Source: Clostridia bacterium
Lineage (GTDB): Bacteria > Bacillota > Clostridia > TANB77 > CAG-508
NCBI GenBank assembly: GCA_045643205.1
Contig: JAZUKI010000008.1
Coordinates: forward strand, 1-63,274
Reading direction: 5' to 3'
DNA length: 63,274 nucleotides
The translations under genes were made by a program, and so were the position numbers. The notes under the pieces are model-generated. The model worked only from the letters and a program-made list of their open reading frames with translations. It had not been told where the DNA came from and did no database searches. Shown piece by piece: positions 1 through 7,283 of the stretch (positions are counted from its first letter, which is position 1; each line of letters begins with the position of its first letter).

Positions 1-462
1 TTAGTATATGAATTTGTAAATGGAAGACTTAATAATATTAATTTTAATAAATTTGGAAAAATTTTATTGAATATAATTGAAATTATTGGATTTGCAAGTA
101 TTTTCTTTATTGTAAATACAAAAAATTCACATGAAAAATATGATTATATTATGTTGGTGATTTTATTTGTTTGTATATCTATTGGATTTTCAAATAAAAC
201 ATATACAGGAAAAATGTTATCTAATAAATTTGTTTTTTATCTAGAAAAATTAAGCCTTCCTATATATTTAACACATAATACAGTTATAAGAATAATTAAT
301 AAAATTCTTATAGCTAATAATATAACAATGAATTTTTATTTAATATTATTAATAACAATAGTTGCAACAATTATTATTTCGATATTGGAATTACAGTTAA
401 TAAAAATAATACCACATCTAAAATCATTTACTAAAAAACTTTTAGTAGAAAAAGAAGCTTAA
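1..462 (+). CDS. Acyltransferase-3 (OafA-like) membrane O-acyltransferase, C-terminal part, truncated by window edge
   Basis: Frame open from base 1; multiple TM segments; LEKLSLPIYLTH resembles the family LGxxSYxIYLxH motif; next to glf. Confidence 0.6.
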   Translation, partial: LVYEFVNGRLNNINFNKFGKILLNIIEIIGFASIFFIVNTKNSHEKYDYIMLVILFVCISIGFSNKTYTGKMLSNKFVFYLEKLSLPIYLTHNTVIRIINKILIANNITMNFYLILLITIVATIIISILELQLIKIIPHLKSFTKKLLVEKEA

Positions 463-498
463 TATTAATAAAAGTATAGAAAAAGAAAGGTTTGATAG

Positions 499-1593
499 AT
501 GAAATATGATTATTTAATAATAGGCACAGGATTATTTGGTGCAACATGTGCTAATTTATTAACTAAAGCAGGAAAAAAAGTATTAGTTATTGATAAAAGA
601 CCAAATGTTGCAGGAAATATCTATACTGAGAATGTTGAAGGTATTCAAGTTCATAAATATGGAGCTCATATATTTCATACTGATTATAAAGATGTATGGG
701 AATATGTTAATTCATTTGTTGAGTTTAATAGATATACTAATTCACCAGTAGCTAGAATTGGAAATGAAATATATAATATGCCATTTAATATGAATACATT
801 TTCTAAAATGTGGGATGATGTTTTCACACCTGAAGATGCAATGAGACATATTGAAGAAGAAAAGAAAGAAATAGATCACGAGCCACAAAATTTAGAAGAA
901 CAAGCAATTTCATTAGTAGGTAGAACTATATATGAAAAACTAATTAAAGGTTATACTGAAAAACAATGGAACAGAGATTGTAAAGATTTACCTGCATTTA
1001 TAATTAAGAGATTACCAGTTAGATTGATTTATGATAACAATTATTTTAATGATAAATATCAAGGCATTCCAATTGGCGGATATACTAAACTAGTTGAAAA
1101 AATGTTAGATGGTATAGAAGTAAGACTTGATACAGATTTCTTTGAACATCCAGAATTAAGAGAAGAAGCAGAAAAGATTATATATACAGGACCAATAGAT
1201 GAATATTTTAATTATTCATTAGGTGAACTTGAGTGGAGATCTTTAAAATTTGATACACAAGTTTTAAATGAGAAGAATCATCAAGGTAATGCTGTTGTTA
1301 ACTATACAGGACATGAAGTAGATTACACTAGAGTAATTGAACATAAACATTTTGAATTTGATACAGAAAGTCCAAAGACAGTAATTACATATGAATATCC
1401 AGCTGACTATGAAAAAGGTATGGAAAAGTTCTACACAGTTAATGATGATAAAAATAATGAATTAGCAGAAAAGTATAGAGAATTAGCTGCTAAGGAAGAA
1501 AATGTTATATTTGGCGGAAGATTAGCTGAATACAAATATTATGACATGGATGATGTAATTAAATCAGCAATGGATTGTGTAGCTAGACAATAA
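499..1593 (+). CDS. glf: UDP-galactopyranose mutase
   Basis: YDYLIIGTGLFG FAD motif, HKYGAHIFHT, YTEKQW, GRLAEYKYYDMD. Confidence 0.97.
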   Translation: MKYDYLIIGTGLFGATCANLLTKAGKKVLVIDKRPNVAGNIYTENVEGIQVHKYGAHIFHTDYKDVWEYVNSFVEFNRYTNSPVARIGNEIYNMPFNMNTFSKMWDDVFTPEDAMRHIEEEKKEIDHEPQNLEEQAISLVGRTIYEKLIKGYTEKQWNRDCKDLPAFIIKRLPVRLIYDNNYFNDKYQGIPIGGYTKLVEKMLDGIEVRLDTDFFEHPELREEAEKIIYTGPIDEYFNYSLGELEWRSLKFDTQVLNEKNHQGNAVVNYTGHEVDYTRVIEHKHFEFDTESPKTVITYEYPADYEKGMEKFYTVNDDKNNELAEKYRELAAKEENVIFGGRLAEYKYYDMDDVIKSAMDCVARQ

Positions 1594-1638
1594 TCATAAT
1601 AGATTATAAAAAATAAATACATTTAATATTAAAATAGG

Positions 1639-1683
1639 AAACCACCGATAGCATTAATAATTATTTAATGCTGTCGGTGGTTT
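1639..1683. terminator. Bidirectional intrinsic terminator between convergent glf and the 128-aa ORF
   Basis: AAACCACCGATAGCATTAA / TTAATGCTGTCGGTGGTTT, 19-bp stem with A/T tails. Confidence 0.85.
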
Positions 1684-1708
1684 TGGAAACTGCAGAAAAA
1701 GATTTAAG

Positions 1709-2095
1709 TTACAGATTCTGAAGTGGCTTTAAATAAACAAGGCACAGCCTTTCTTCGGCAACGCTGTGATCATCATATGGATTATTATTGATCTCAGCAA
1801 CGGTGGTCCAATTACCTTCATAGAGAAGCTCAAAAAAATCAGCTTCATCAATAAGGTTATCCAACATTGTCTGGCTCACCAGCAAAAATGGAATACCATC
1901 AGAGACTATGAAGTCACGTCGCAAAATATCAACTTCCTTTATATAGGAATCTGCATTTGCTTTTTTACGATAGTACTCTTTTTTGGCAACCTCATCAGCT
2001 GGTTTTGTTGGAAGATTCTTAATCTTCTCCAAACGATCCCGCCGTTTTCTTAAAATCTTAAGCAATGAATCCTTTTCTTTTGTTTCATAGTTCAT
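1709..2095 (-). CDS. Hypothetical protein (128 aa orphan)
   Basis: Strong RBS AAGGAGGG upstream of ATG; own promoter and terminator; no family recognised. Confidence 0.75.
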   Translation of the reverse strand: MNYETKEKDSLLKILRKRRDRLEKIKNLPTKPADEVAKKEYYRKKANADSYIKEVDILRRDFIVSDGIPFLLVSQTMLDNLIDEADFFELLYEGNWTTVAEINNNPYDDHSVAEERLCLVYLKPLQNL

Positions 2096-2196
2096 AGTAA
2101 ACCCTCCTTAATAATTTTTTTTGCCTTATCAAAGTAGCCGATAAGGAAGATACTAGTTGGAACATAAACATAAAAAATAAATGTTTATAGTACACA

Positions 2197-2225
2197 AGTA
2201 TACCATATATTTGAAAAAATGTATA
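2197..2225 (-). promoter_or_regulatory. Putative sigma-A promoter of the 128-aa gene
   Basis: Minus strand TATACA-17 bp-TATACT with TG extended -10. Confidence 0.55.
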
Positions 2226-2272
2226 GATATGTAGAGATGATTATATTTAGAAGAATAATAAATGAATATAAA

Positions 2273-2322
2273 AAGAGACAGAAAGCAAAAGAACTTCTTC
2301 AGTTCAATTGCTACTGTCTCTT
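2273..2322 (-). terminator. Long imperfect hairpin, likely terminator of the RT transcript (possibly part of the ncRNA)
   Basis: Plus-strand pairs AAGAGACAG/CTGTCTCTT, AGCAA/TTGCT, GAACT/AGTTC; U-run follows on the minus strand. Confidence 0.7.
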
Positions 2323-2354
2323 GTATAGACAATTTACATCAACAGATAAATCTA

Positions 2355-2511
2355 GCACTGGGTGTGCTTTCATTAGGCAATTAGCTGGTAGCGGTCGGAG
2401 AAGAGATTTTGCGATTCAGAAACTTAAAGTTTTCCACAAACTAAAGAGAGCAAAATCTCGACTAACCCAGTGAATTGAGTTATGAATCAATGACATTGAT
2501 CCAGGCACTGG
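2355..2511. ncRNA. Candidate RT-associated structured ncRNA (msr/msd-like), strand uncertain
   Basis: CACTGGGT 2356-2363 / ACCCAGTG 2465-2472; GAGATTTTGC 2403-2412 / GCAAAATCTC 2450-2459; small hairpins TGCTT-TCATT-AGGCA and GCT-GGT-AGC; ATCAAT-GAC-ATTGAT; GC-richer than flanks. Confidence 0.55.
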
Positions 2512-2599
2512 TTTCGTATGTTTAAATATAAATGTAAAATACATTAAGTAAAATACTTAGTAAATCACATAATTTAAATCAATGAAAATGCCGTTACAT

Positions 2600-3640
2600 T
2601 CATCGTGCTGATTGTAAAATTGTTTTTACCGAAGCTTCAAAGTTAACATTTGTTTTCTTTTCATATTTTTCAATGATAGATGCTATGAAGCTAGGTTCTA
2701 TGCATCTATAATAAGACATAAGGCCAAGCAACTTAGATAATTCAGAAGCAGACCACATCTTACCATTTTTTAAATCCATGAGAAAGCTCCAAAGTTTTGC
2801 TTTGAGATATTGTTTCTTCTTGCTACCGATTTTTGGTCCGTAACAGCCAATAGAAACACCTAAAACCCATACATTAGTTTTATTCGATAGCAGACATTTG
2901 CATTTGTCTTGGTTTAATGCAAAATTGTATTTTTTTAAACATGTACTTAGTACAACTCTTTTTTCATTAAAATTTTTGTACGCTCTAGGCAGAGTAGAAT
3001 AATAAATATCATCTGCATACCGAGTATACGATGGATCATCCTGCCAAAGTTTTAAATCTAGCGGTAATATTGCTAAATTAGAAAACAAAGGGCTAGTCGG
3101 AGCACCTTGTGGAAGTCTGTAATCATCATTGTAGTAGATCATACATGAAGCAACAATTGTTTCTAGTTTATTAAGATCCATTAAACAAAATGGATATATT
3201 ATAGATAAACTATTCATTATTACATTAATAGTACAACTACCAAAGAAATCTTTGATATCGAATCCCATAATGCAACGTGCACCCAAATGTTTAGTAACAG
3301 CATTAATCGTCGATTTTCCTGGAACATAAGCATACACAAAATTAGGAAATAAAAATTTGAAATTGTGAACAAAATAATGATTCACTTCTCTCATATATTT
3401 TTTTAATTCTTCATCTGGTATGTCTATACGCCGTAATTTTCCACTACGTTTCTTTTTGTAGTAGGTAGTATAGTGACTGTTTACATCGGTGCTTAAAATT
3501 TCTAAAGCACGCATGTACAAATAATCTACTTGTGCGGAAAAGCTTTTTACAAATCTAATATTTTTATTAGTGAATTCTTCTACGAATTCGGTGTAAGTTT
3601 CATCATCTTTTTTATTTTTGTAAGTAATAATGTATGTCAT
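2600..3640 (-). CDS. Retron-like RNA-directed DNA polymerase (reverse transcriptase)
   Basis: KKRSGKLRRIDIP (RT0/1), YAYVPGKSTINAVTKH (region X-like NAxxH), DIKDFFGS, LPQGAPTSP, YTRYADD, VWVLGV (region Y-like VTG); RBS AAAGGAG. Confidence 0.93.
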   Translation of the reverse strand: MTYIITYKNKKDDETYTEFVEEFTNKNIRFVKSFSAQVDYLYMRALEILSTDVNSHYTTYYKKKRSGKLRRIDIPDEELKKYMREVNHYFVHNFKFLFPNFVYAYVPGKSTINAVTKHLGARCIMGFDIKDFFGSCTINVIMNSLSIIYPFCLMDLNKLETIVASCMIYYNDDYRLPQGAPTSPLFSNLAILPLDLKLWQDDPSYTRYADDIYYSTLPRAYKNFNEKRVVLSTCLKKYNFALNQDKCKCLLSNKTNVWVLGVSIGCYGPKIGSKKKQYLKAKLWSFLMDLKNGKMWSASELSKLLGLMSYYRCIEPSFIASIIEKYEKKTNVNFEASVKTILQSAR

Positions 3641-3763
3641 AGAAGACTCCTTTCTATAGTTATGAAGTTTAGTATTGAGTAATTATAGATTTATTATAGA
3701 TGCATATGAACTTGTCATTATACTGACAAGTTGTTTGTCAATGTTCTAAAAGAACGTGTTTAC

Positions 3764-3792
3764 ATAATATCACAAAGATAGACATTTAACAA
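3764..3792 (-). promoter_or_regulatory. Putative sigma-A promoter of the RT gene
   Basis: Minus strand TTGTTA-17 bp-TATTAT with TG extended -10; implies a ~120-nt leader. Confidence 0.55.
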
Positions 3793-3882
3793 TAGAGTTT
3801 TTAATAATTGCAATATTATATAAAGTTATATAGTATTTTTATTATTGTTGTGATAAAATACAAAACTAGAGCAAAAACACAT

Positions 3883-3958
3883 GCTGGTATAGCTCAGTTG
3901 GTAGAGCACGTGTTTCGTAAACATGAGGCCATGAGTTCGATTCTCATTGCCAGCACCA
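3883..3958 (+). tRNA. tRNA-Thr (anticodon CGT)
   Basis: 76 nt cloverleaf: GCTGGTA acceptor, TAGCTCAGTTGGTAGAGC D-arm, TT-CGT-AA loop, GTTCGATTC T-loop, encoded CCA. Confidence 0.96.
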
Positions 3959-3981
3959 ATTTTATTGAAAGAGGTATTAAA

Positions 3982-5220
3982 ATGGACGATAAAATTTTTA
4001 AAGATTATGAATCTGAAGTTAGATCATATTGCAGAAAGTGGCCTGTAATTTTTACTAAGGCTAAAGATGCAATTATTACAACTGAAGATGGTAAAGAATA
4101 TATTGATTTTTTTGACGGAGCCGGTGCGCTTAATTATGGCCACAATAACAGCTACATCCAAGAAAAAGTTATTGAATATATTAAGAGTGATGGAATAGTT
4201 CATTCACTTGATATGTATACTAAGGCAAAACAAGAATTTTTAGAAAGTTTTACTGAGAATATTTTAAAACCAAGAAACTTAAATTATAAAATTCAATTTC
4301 CTGGACCTACTGGAACTAATGCAAATGAGGCTGCTTACAAGCTAGCTAGAAAAGTTAAGGGAAGAAGTAATATATTCGCGTTGATGGGATGTTTTCACGG
4401 AATGACTTTAGGTTCTTTGGCTTTGACAACTGATAAAGGTGGAAGAGGCGGAGCAGGTGTTCCTCTTTATGGAGTTACTCATATTCCTGCACCATACATG
4501 TTAGATACAATCAAATATTTACGTACAATTCTTTCTGATGATCACAGCGGAATTGAACTTCCAGCTGCTATTGCTATTGAAACAGTTCAAGCAGAGGGCG
4601 GAATTTATGTACTTGATACAGAGTTTTTAAAAGAACTAAGAAAACTTTGCGATGAATATGGAATTTTATTAATCGTTGATGATGTTCAAGTTGGATGCTC
4701 TCGTACAGGAACATTCTTCTCATTTGAGCGTGCAGGAATTGAACCTGATATTGTTACTATGAGTAAATCAATTGGAGCTTATGGACTTCCATTTGCATTG
4801 ACTTTATTCAAACCTGAACTTGATGTTTGGACTCCAGGCGAGCATAATGGAACTTTTAGAGGAAACAATTTAGCCTTTGTTGCTGCTAAGGCTGGTATTG
4901 AACTTACAATTAATGAAAAGATTGGCGATGAAGTAAAACGCAAAGGTACTATCATTGAAGAATTTTTAAATAAAGAGATTAAACCTATTTCTGATACAAT
5001 TGAAATTAGAGGTATTGGAATGATTTGGGGTATCGATGTTAAAGAAGGTGATCTTGCTAAGAAGATTGCTGATAAATGTTTTGAAAAAGGATTAATTATT
5101 GAGAGAGCTGGTAGAGGAGATGATGTTGTTAAGATTATGCCAGAGCTATTAATTCCAGATGATATTATGATGAAGGGATTAGAAATAATTAAGGAAGCAA
5201 TAGTAGAGGTTATTGGATAA
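3982..5220 (+). CDS. ectB: Diaminobutyrate--2-oxoglutarate transaminase (class III PLP aminotransferase)
   Basis: ESEVRSYCR, GAGALNYGHN, GPTGTNANEAA, DDVQVGCSRTG, MSKSIG, PGEHNGTFRG; start moved to ATG 3982 after RBS GAGG because the longer ORF overlaps the tRNA. Confidence 0.9.
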   Translation: MDDKIFKDYESEVRSYCRKWPVIFTKAKDAIITTEDGKEYIDFFDGAGALNYGHNNSYIQEKVIEYIKSDGIVHSLDMYTKAKQEFLESFTENILKPRNLNYKIQFPGPTGTNANEAAYKLARKVKGRSNIFALMGCFHGMTLGSLALTTDKGGRGGAGVPLYGVTHIPAPYMLDTIKYLRTILSDDHSGIELPAAIAIETVQAEGGIYVLDTEFLKELRKLCDEYGILLIVDDVQVGCSRTGTFFSFERAGIEPDIVTMSKSIGAYGLPFALTLFKPELDVWTPGEHNGTFRGNNLAFVAAKAGIELTINEKIGDEVKRKGTIIEEFLNKEIKPISDTIEIRGIGMIWGIDVKEGDLAKKIADKCFEKGLIIERAGRGDDVVKIMPELLIPDDIMMKGLEIIKEAIVEVIG

Positions 5221-5250
5221 TTAATAAGCAAATTAATTTTACATAATTTG

Positions 5251-5279
5251 TTGCCAAAATGCCTATTTTATACTATACT
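5251..5279 (+). promoter_or_regulatory. Putative sigma-A promoter of the 212-aa gene
   Basis: TTGCCA-17 bp-TATACT. Confidence 0.6.
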
Positions 5280-5298
5280 AGTTCTATCAATTAATTTC

Positions 5299-5372
5299 AT
5301 ACAGAGTGGGAATCCGCTAGATTATTGACATTTGCACAAGAATATCTAGTCGGAGCCCTGTATCCTCCGACT
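5299..5372 (+). promoter_or_regulatory. Structured 5' leader with two mutually exclusive folds
   Basis: Long stem ATACAG..GGG..TCCG.CTAGAT / ATCTAG.CGGA.CCC.TGTAT versus perfect 8-bp AGTCGGAG/CTCCGACT. Confidence 0.5.
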
Positions 5373-5399
5373 TAAAGTGAATACTAAGGAGGAAAACAT

Positions 5400-6038
5400 A
5401 TGAAAGTATTCAGTGTTGCTGGTCGTCTTAAACAAGACGATGATGATTTCGGATCTGTTAAATTTGATGGATTTTTTTCTTTAGATGAAAATAGTTCAGA
5501 AATCAAGGGAAGTTTAAAAGAATTTTTTAGTCAGCATGAGGAAAATAGGTTTATCTATGGAAAGTACGATGAGTCCAGTAGTAGAATGGCATTCTTTATT
5601 ATGACCAATAGTACAAAACTTTCTCCTATTCTTTGTGTTTTTTCAAATCTAAGAGAAGAAGGTATTTGGTCCGCGTACTATTTACCAGATAAAGGATTTT
5701 TTCCTAGTTCGGAACCAGATGGGAATATTGAAATAATCCTGAAAGCTAATTCAAAGAGCAGTAATGAAGTAATAGAAGAGTACGATTTACTTGCTCAGAA
5801 TATTACTCAACTAAATGAAGAGCTTATCAAGTCAGGTGTAGATTACTATACAGAAGGCCTTGATATAGCAGGTGTTTATGATTTTAATTATGCTGCTAAT
5901 TGTAAGGCTAATTCTAATCATAATAGTTACGATCCTAGGTTTAGTTGGCTACCGAAATATTCAAAAGAGTTCGATAATTTGGATGATGATTTTGAGGACG
6001 ATGATGAAGATGATGACTATGATGAATATTTTGATTAA
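5400..6038 (+). CDS. Hypothetical protein with very acidic C-terminal tail
   Basis: RBS AAGGAGG; DDDFEDDDEDDDYDEYFD tail; no family recognised. Confidence 0.8.
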   Translation: MKVFSVAGRLKQDDDDFGSVKFDGFFSLDENSSEIKGSLKEFFSQHEENRFIYGKYDESSSRMAFFIMTNSTKLSPILCVFSNLREEGIWSAYYLPDKGFFPSSEPDGNIEIILKANSKSSNEVIEEYDLLAQNITQLNEELIKSGVDYYTEGLDIAGVYDFNYAANCKANSNHNSYDPRFSWLPKYSKEFDNLDDDFEDDDEDDDYDEYFD

Positions 6039-6101
6039 TTTAATTAATCTAATTTATTTAATTAATCTAATCAATCGGATTTAATGACAACTGAGTATTT
6101 T

Positions 6102-6139
6102 ACAAAGTGAGCAAGATTTTGCTCACTTTGTTTTTTTTT
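6102..6139 (+). terminator. Intrinsic terminator
   Basis: ACAAAGTGAGCAA/TTGCTCACTTTGT, 13-bp stem plus T-run. Confidence 0.9.
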
Positions 6140-6182
6140 GTTTTATAAACTTCGGTTAAGCGGGATATTTATTTGTTTTATA

Positions 6183-6211
6183 TTGAACATAGGCTAAAAT
6201 CGTGGTATAAT
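6183..6211 (+). promoter_or_regulatory. Putative sigma-A promoter of the 269-aa gene
   Basis: TTGAAC-17 bp-TATAAT with TG extended -10. Confidence 0.7.
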
Positions 6212-6292
6212 GTCGCCTAACTTTTATTTGCAAATCCTTAGGGTATTTCAACTTGGGACAACAGCAAAAATAATTTTTTAGGAGGTAAAAAA

Positions 6293-7102
6293 ATGAAAGT
6301 GGAAAGTAGTAAGCAAGAGGAGCGGCAGCTCGCTGAAAGAGAGTTGCAGGTGTTTATTAGTACAAAGGCAATGGAAATTCCAAAAGGAATGAAATTGATA
6401 GCTGTGGATGAAAAACCACAGAAGGAAGTGGAGTTCGAAATTCAAAATTTCATTGCTATGGCAGATAAACAAAATGTTTATTCAGAGGATGGTGATCTAA
6501 TTGCATTTATCTACAACGAGAAATACTATGTTGCAGGAAAAACAGACAATGCTATTTCGATTTTAAAAAGAAATCAGTTTGTGTCAAAGAATTTTTACAT
6601 TAAGCTGTTGAGTTATCTTCCTGCGGAAAAACAAAAACAACAAAGAGTATTTCAATTGTTAGAAGATGCGGCGAAGGCTCATGAAGATGAATTTCGCTGG
6701 TATTGTAAGAAATGGGCAATGACCAAATCAGTTTATCCTATTTCATCAGAAGCTCTCAAAAATTGTTTTAAGATTCCAAGAAAAGGAATCAGAGTAAGGC
6801 AACCTGATGGAAACGCATACTATGCTCCAATAGTCTCGTACATGAATCGAGATGAAGTGGGAGTGCTTGATTGTATCGGCCAGTATGCTGTACTTGGGAA
6901 AATTACGTTTTTTGTGCATGCTGATAGCGACACCTACGTTGCTAAAGGTAATCACATAATTAATGTTTTGAAGGCTAATGGTTATAAGCCGGAACTGGTT
7001 CTGACTTATCAAGAAGAATTCAAAATTTTGGATGAAGAGTACCAGAAAATTTGGGAAATGATTCCTGAAATAAACGATTCTTCGATAGAAATAACGAATT
7101 GA
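6293..7102 (+). CDS. Hypothetical protein with an internally duplicated domain
   Basis: RBS AGGAGG; two similar segments ending YYVAGKTDNAISILKRNQF and TYVAKGNHIINVLKANGY. Confidence 0.8.
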   Translation: MKVESSKQEERQLAERELQVFISTKAMEIPKGMKLIAVDEKPQKEVEFEIQNFIAMADKQNVYSEDGDLIAFIYNEKYYVAGKTDNAISILKRNQFVSKNFYIKLLSYLPAEKQKQQRVFQLLEDAAKAHEDEFRWYCKKWAMTKSVYPISSEALKNCFKIPRKGIRVRQPDGNAYYAPIVSYMNRDEVGVLDCIGQYAVLGKITFFVHADSDTYVAKGNHIINVLKANGYKPELVLTYQEEFKILDEEYQKIWEMIPEINDSSIEITN

Positions 7103-7122
7103 TAATTACTGCTTTTTAATTT

Positions 7123-7158
7123 AAGGAAAGGTTAGCAAATGCTAGCCTTTCTTTTCTT
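7123..7158 (+). terminator. Intrinsic terminator
   Basis: AAGGAAAGGTTAGCA/TGCTAGCCTTTCTTT. Confidence 0.8.
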
Positions 7159-7213
7159 ATATAAATGAAATAAGAACAAAAATAAAAATGCAAGGTTATA
7201 AAAAGTTAAATAT

Positions 7214-7242
7214 TTGACAAAAAATGGAAAAATAGATATAAT
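7214..7242 (+). promoter_or_regulatory. Consensus sigma-A promoter
   Basis: TTGACA-17 bp-TATAAT. Confidence 0.8.
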
Positions 7243-7283
7243 AGATCTTACATAATTTTTTGAACATCTGGAGGTATAGCAAG

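Noticed and set aside
2219-2473. 84-aa plus-strand ORF over the structured region
   Set aside because: No RBS, atypical composition, and it overlaps the hairpins and the divergent promoter. More likely incidental, though not formally excluded.
2600-3640. RT as group II intron, DGR or CRISPR-associated RT
   Set aside because: No maturase/X domain or domain V/VI-like ends. It has PQG rather than the DGR-type SQ motif, no TR/VR repeat pair or avd, and no cas genes or array.
3716-3741. TTGACA...TATAAT on minus inside the RT leader as a promoter
   Set aside because: Spacer is only 13 bp; the 17-bp-spaced promoter at 3764-3792 fits better.
3741-3763. LexA box at the RT promoter
   Set aside because: Half-sites are in GTTC..GAAC order, and GAAC-GTGT-TTAC has two mismatches to the Cheo consensus.
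3808-3981. N-terminal extension of the aminotransferase ORF
   Set aside because: Runs through tRNA-Thr; the real start with an RBS is ATG 3982.
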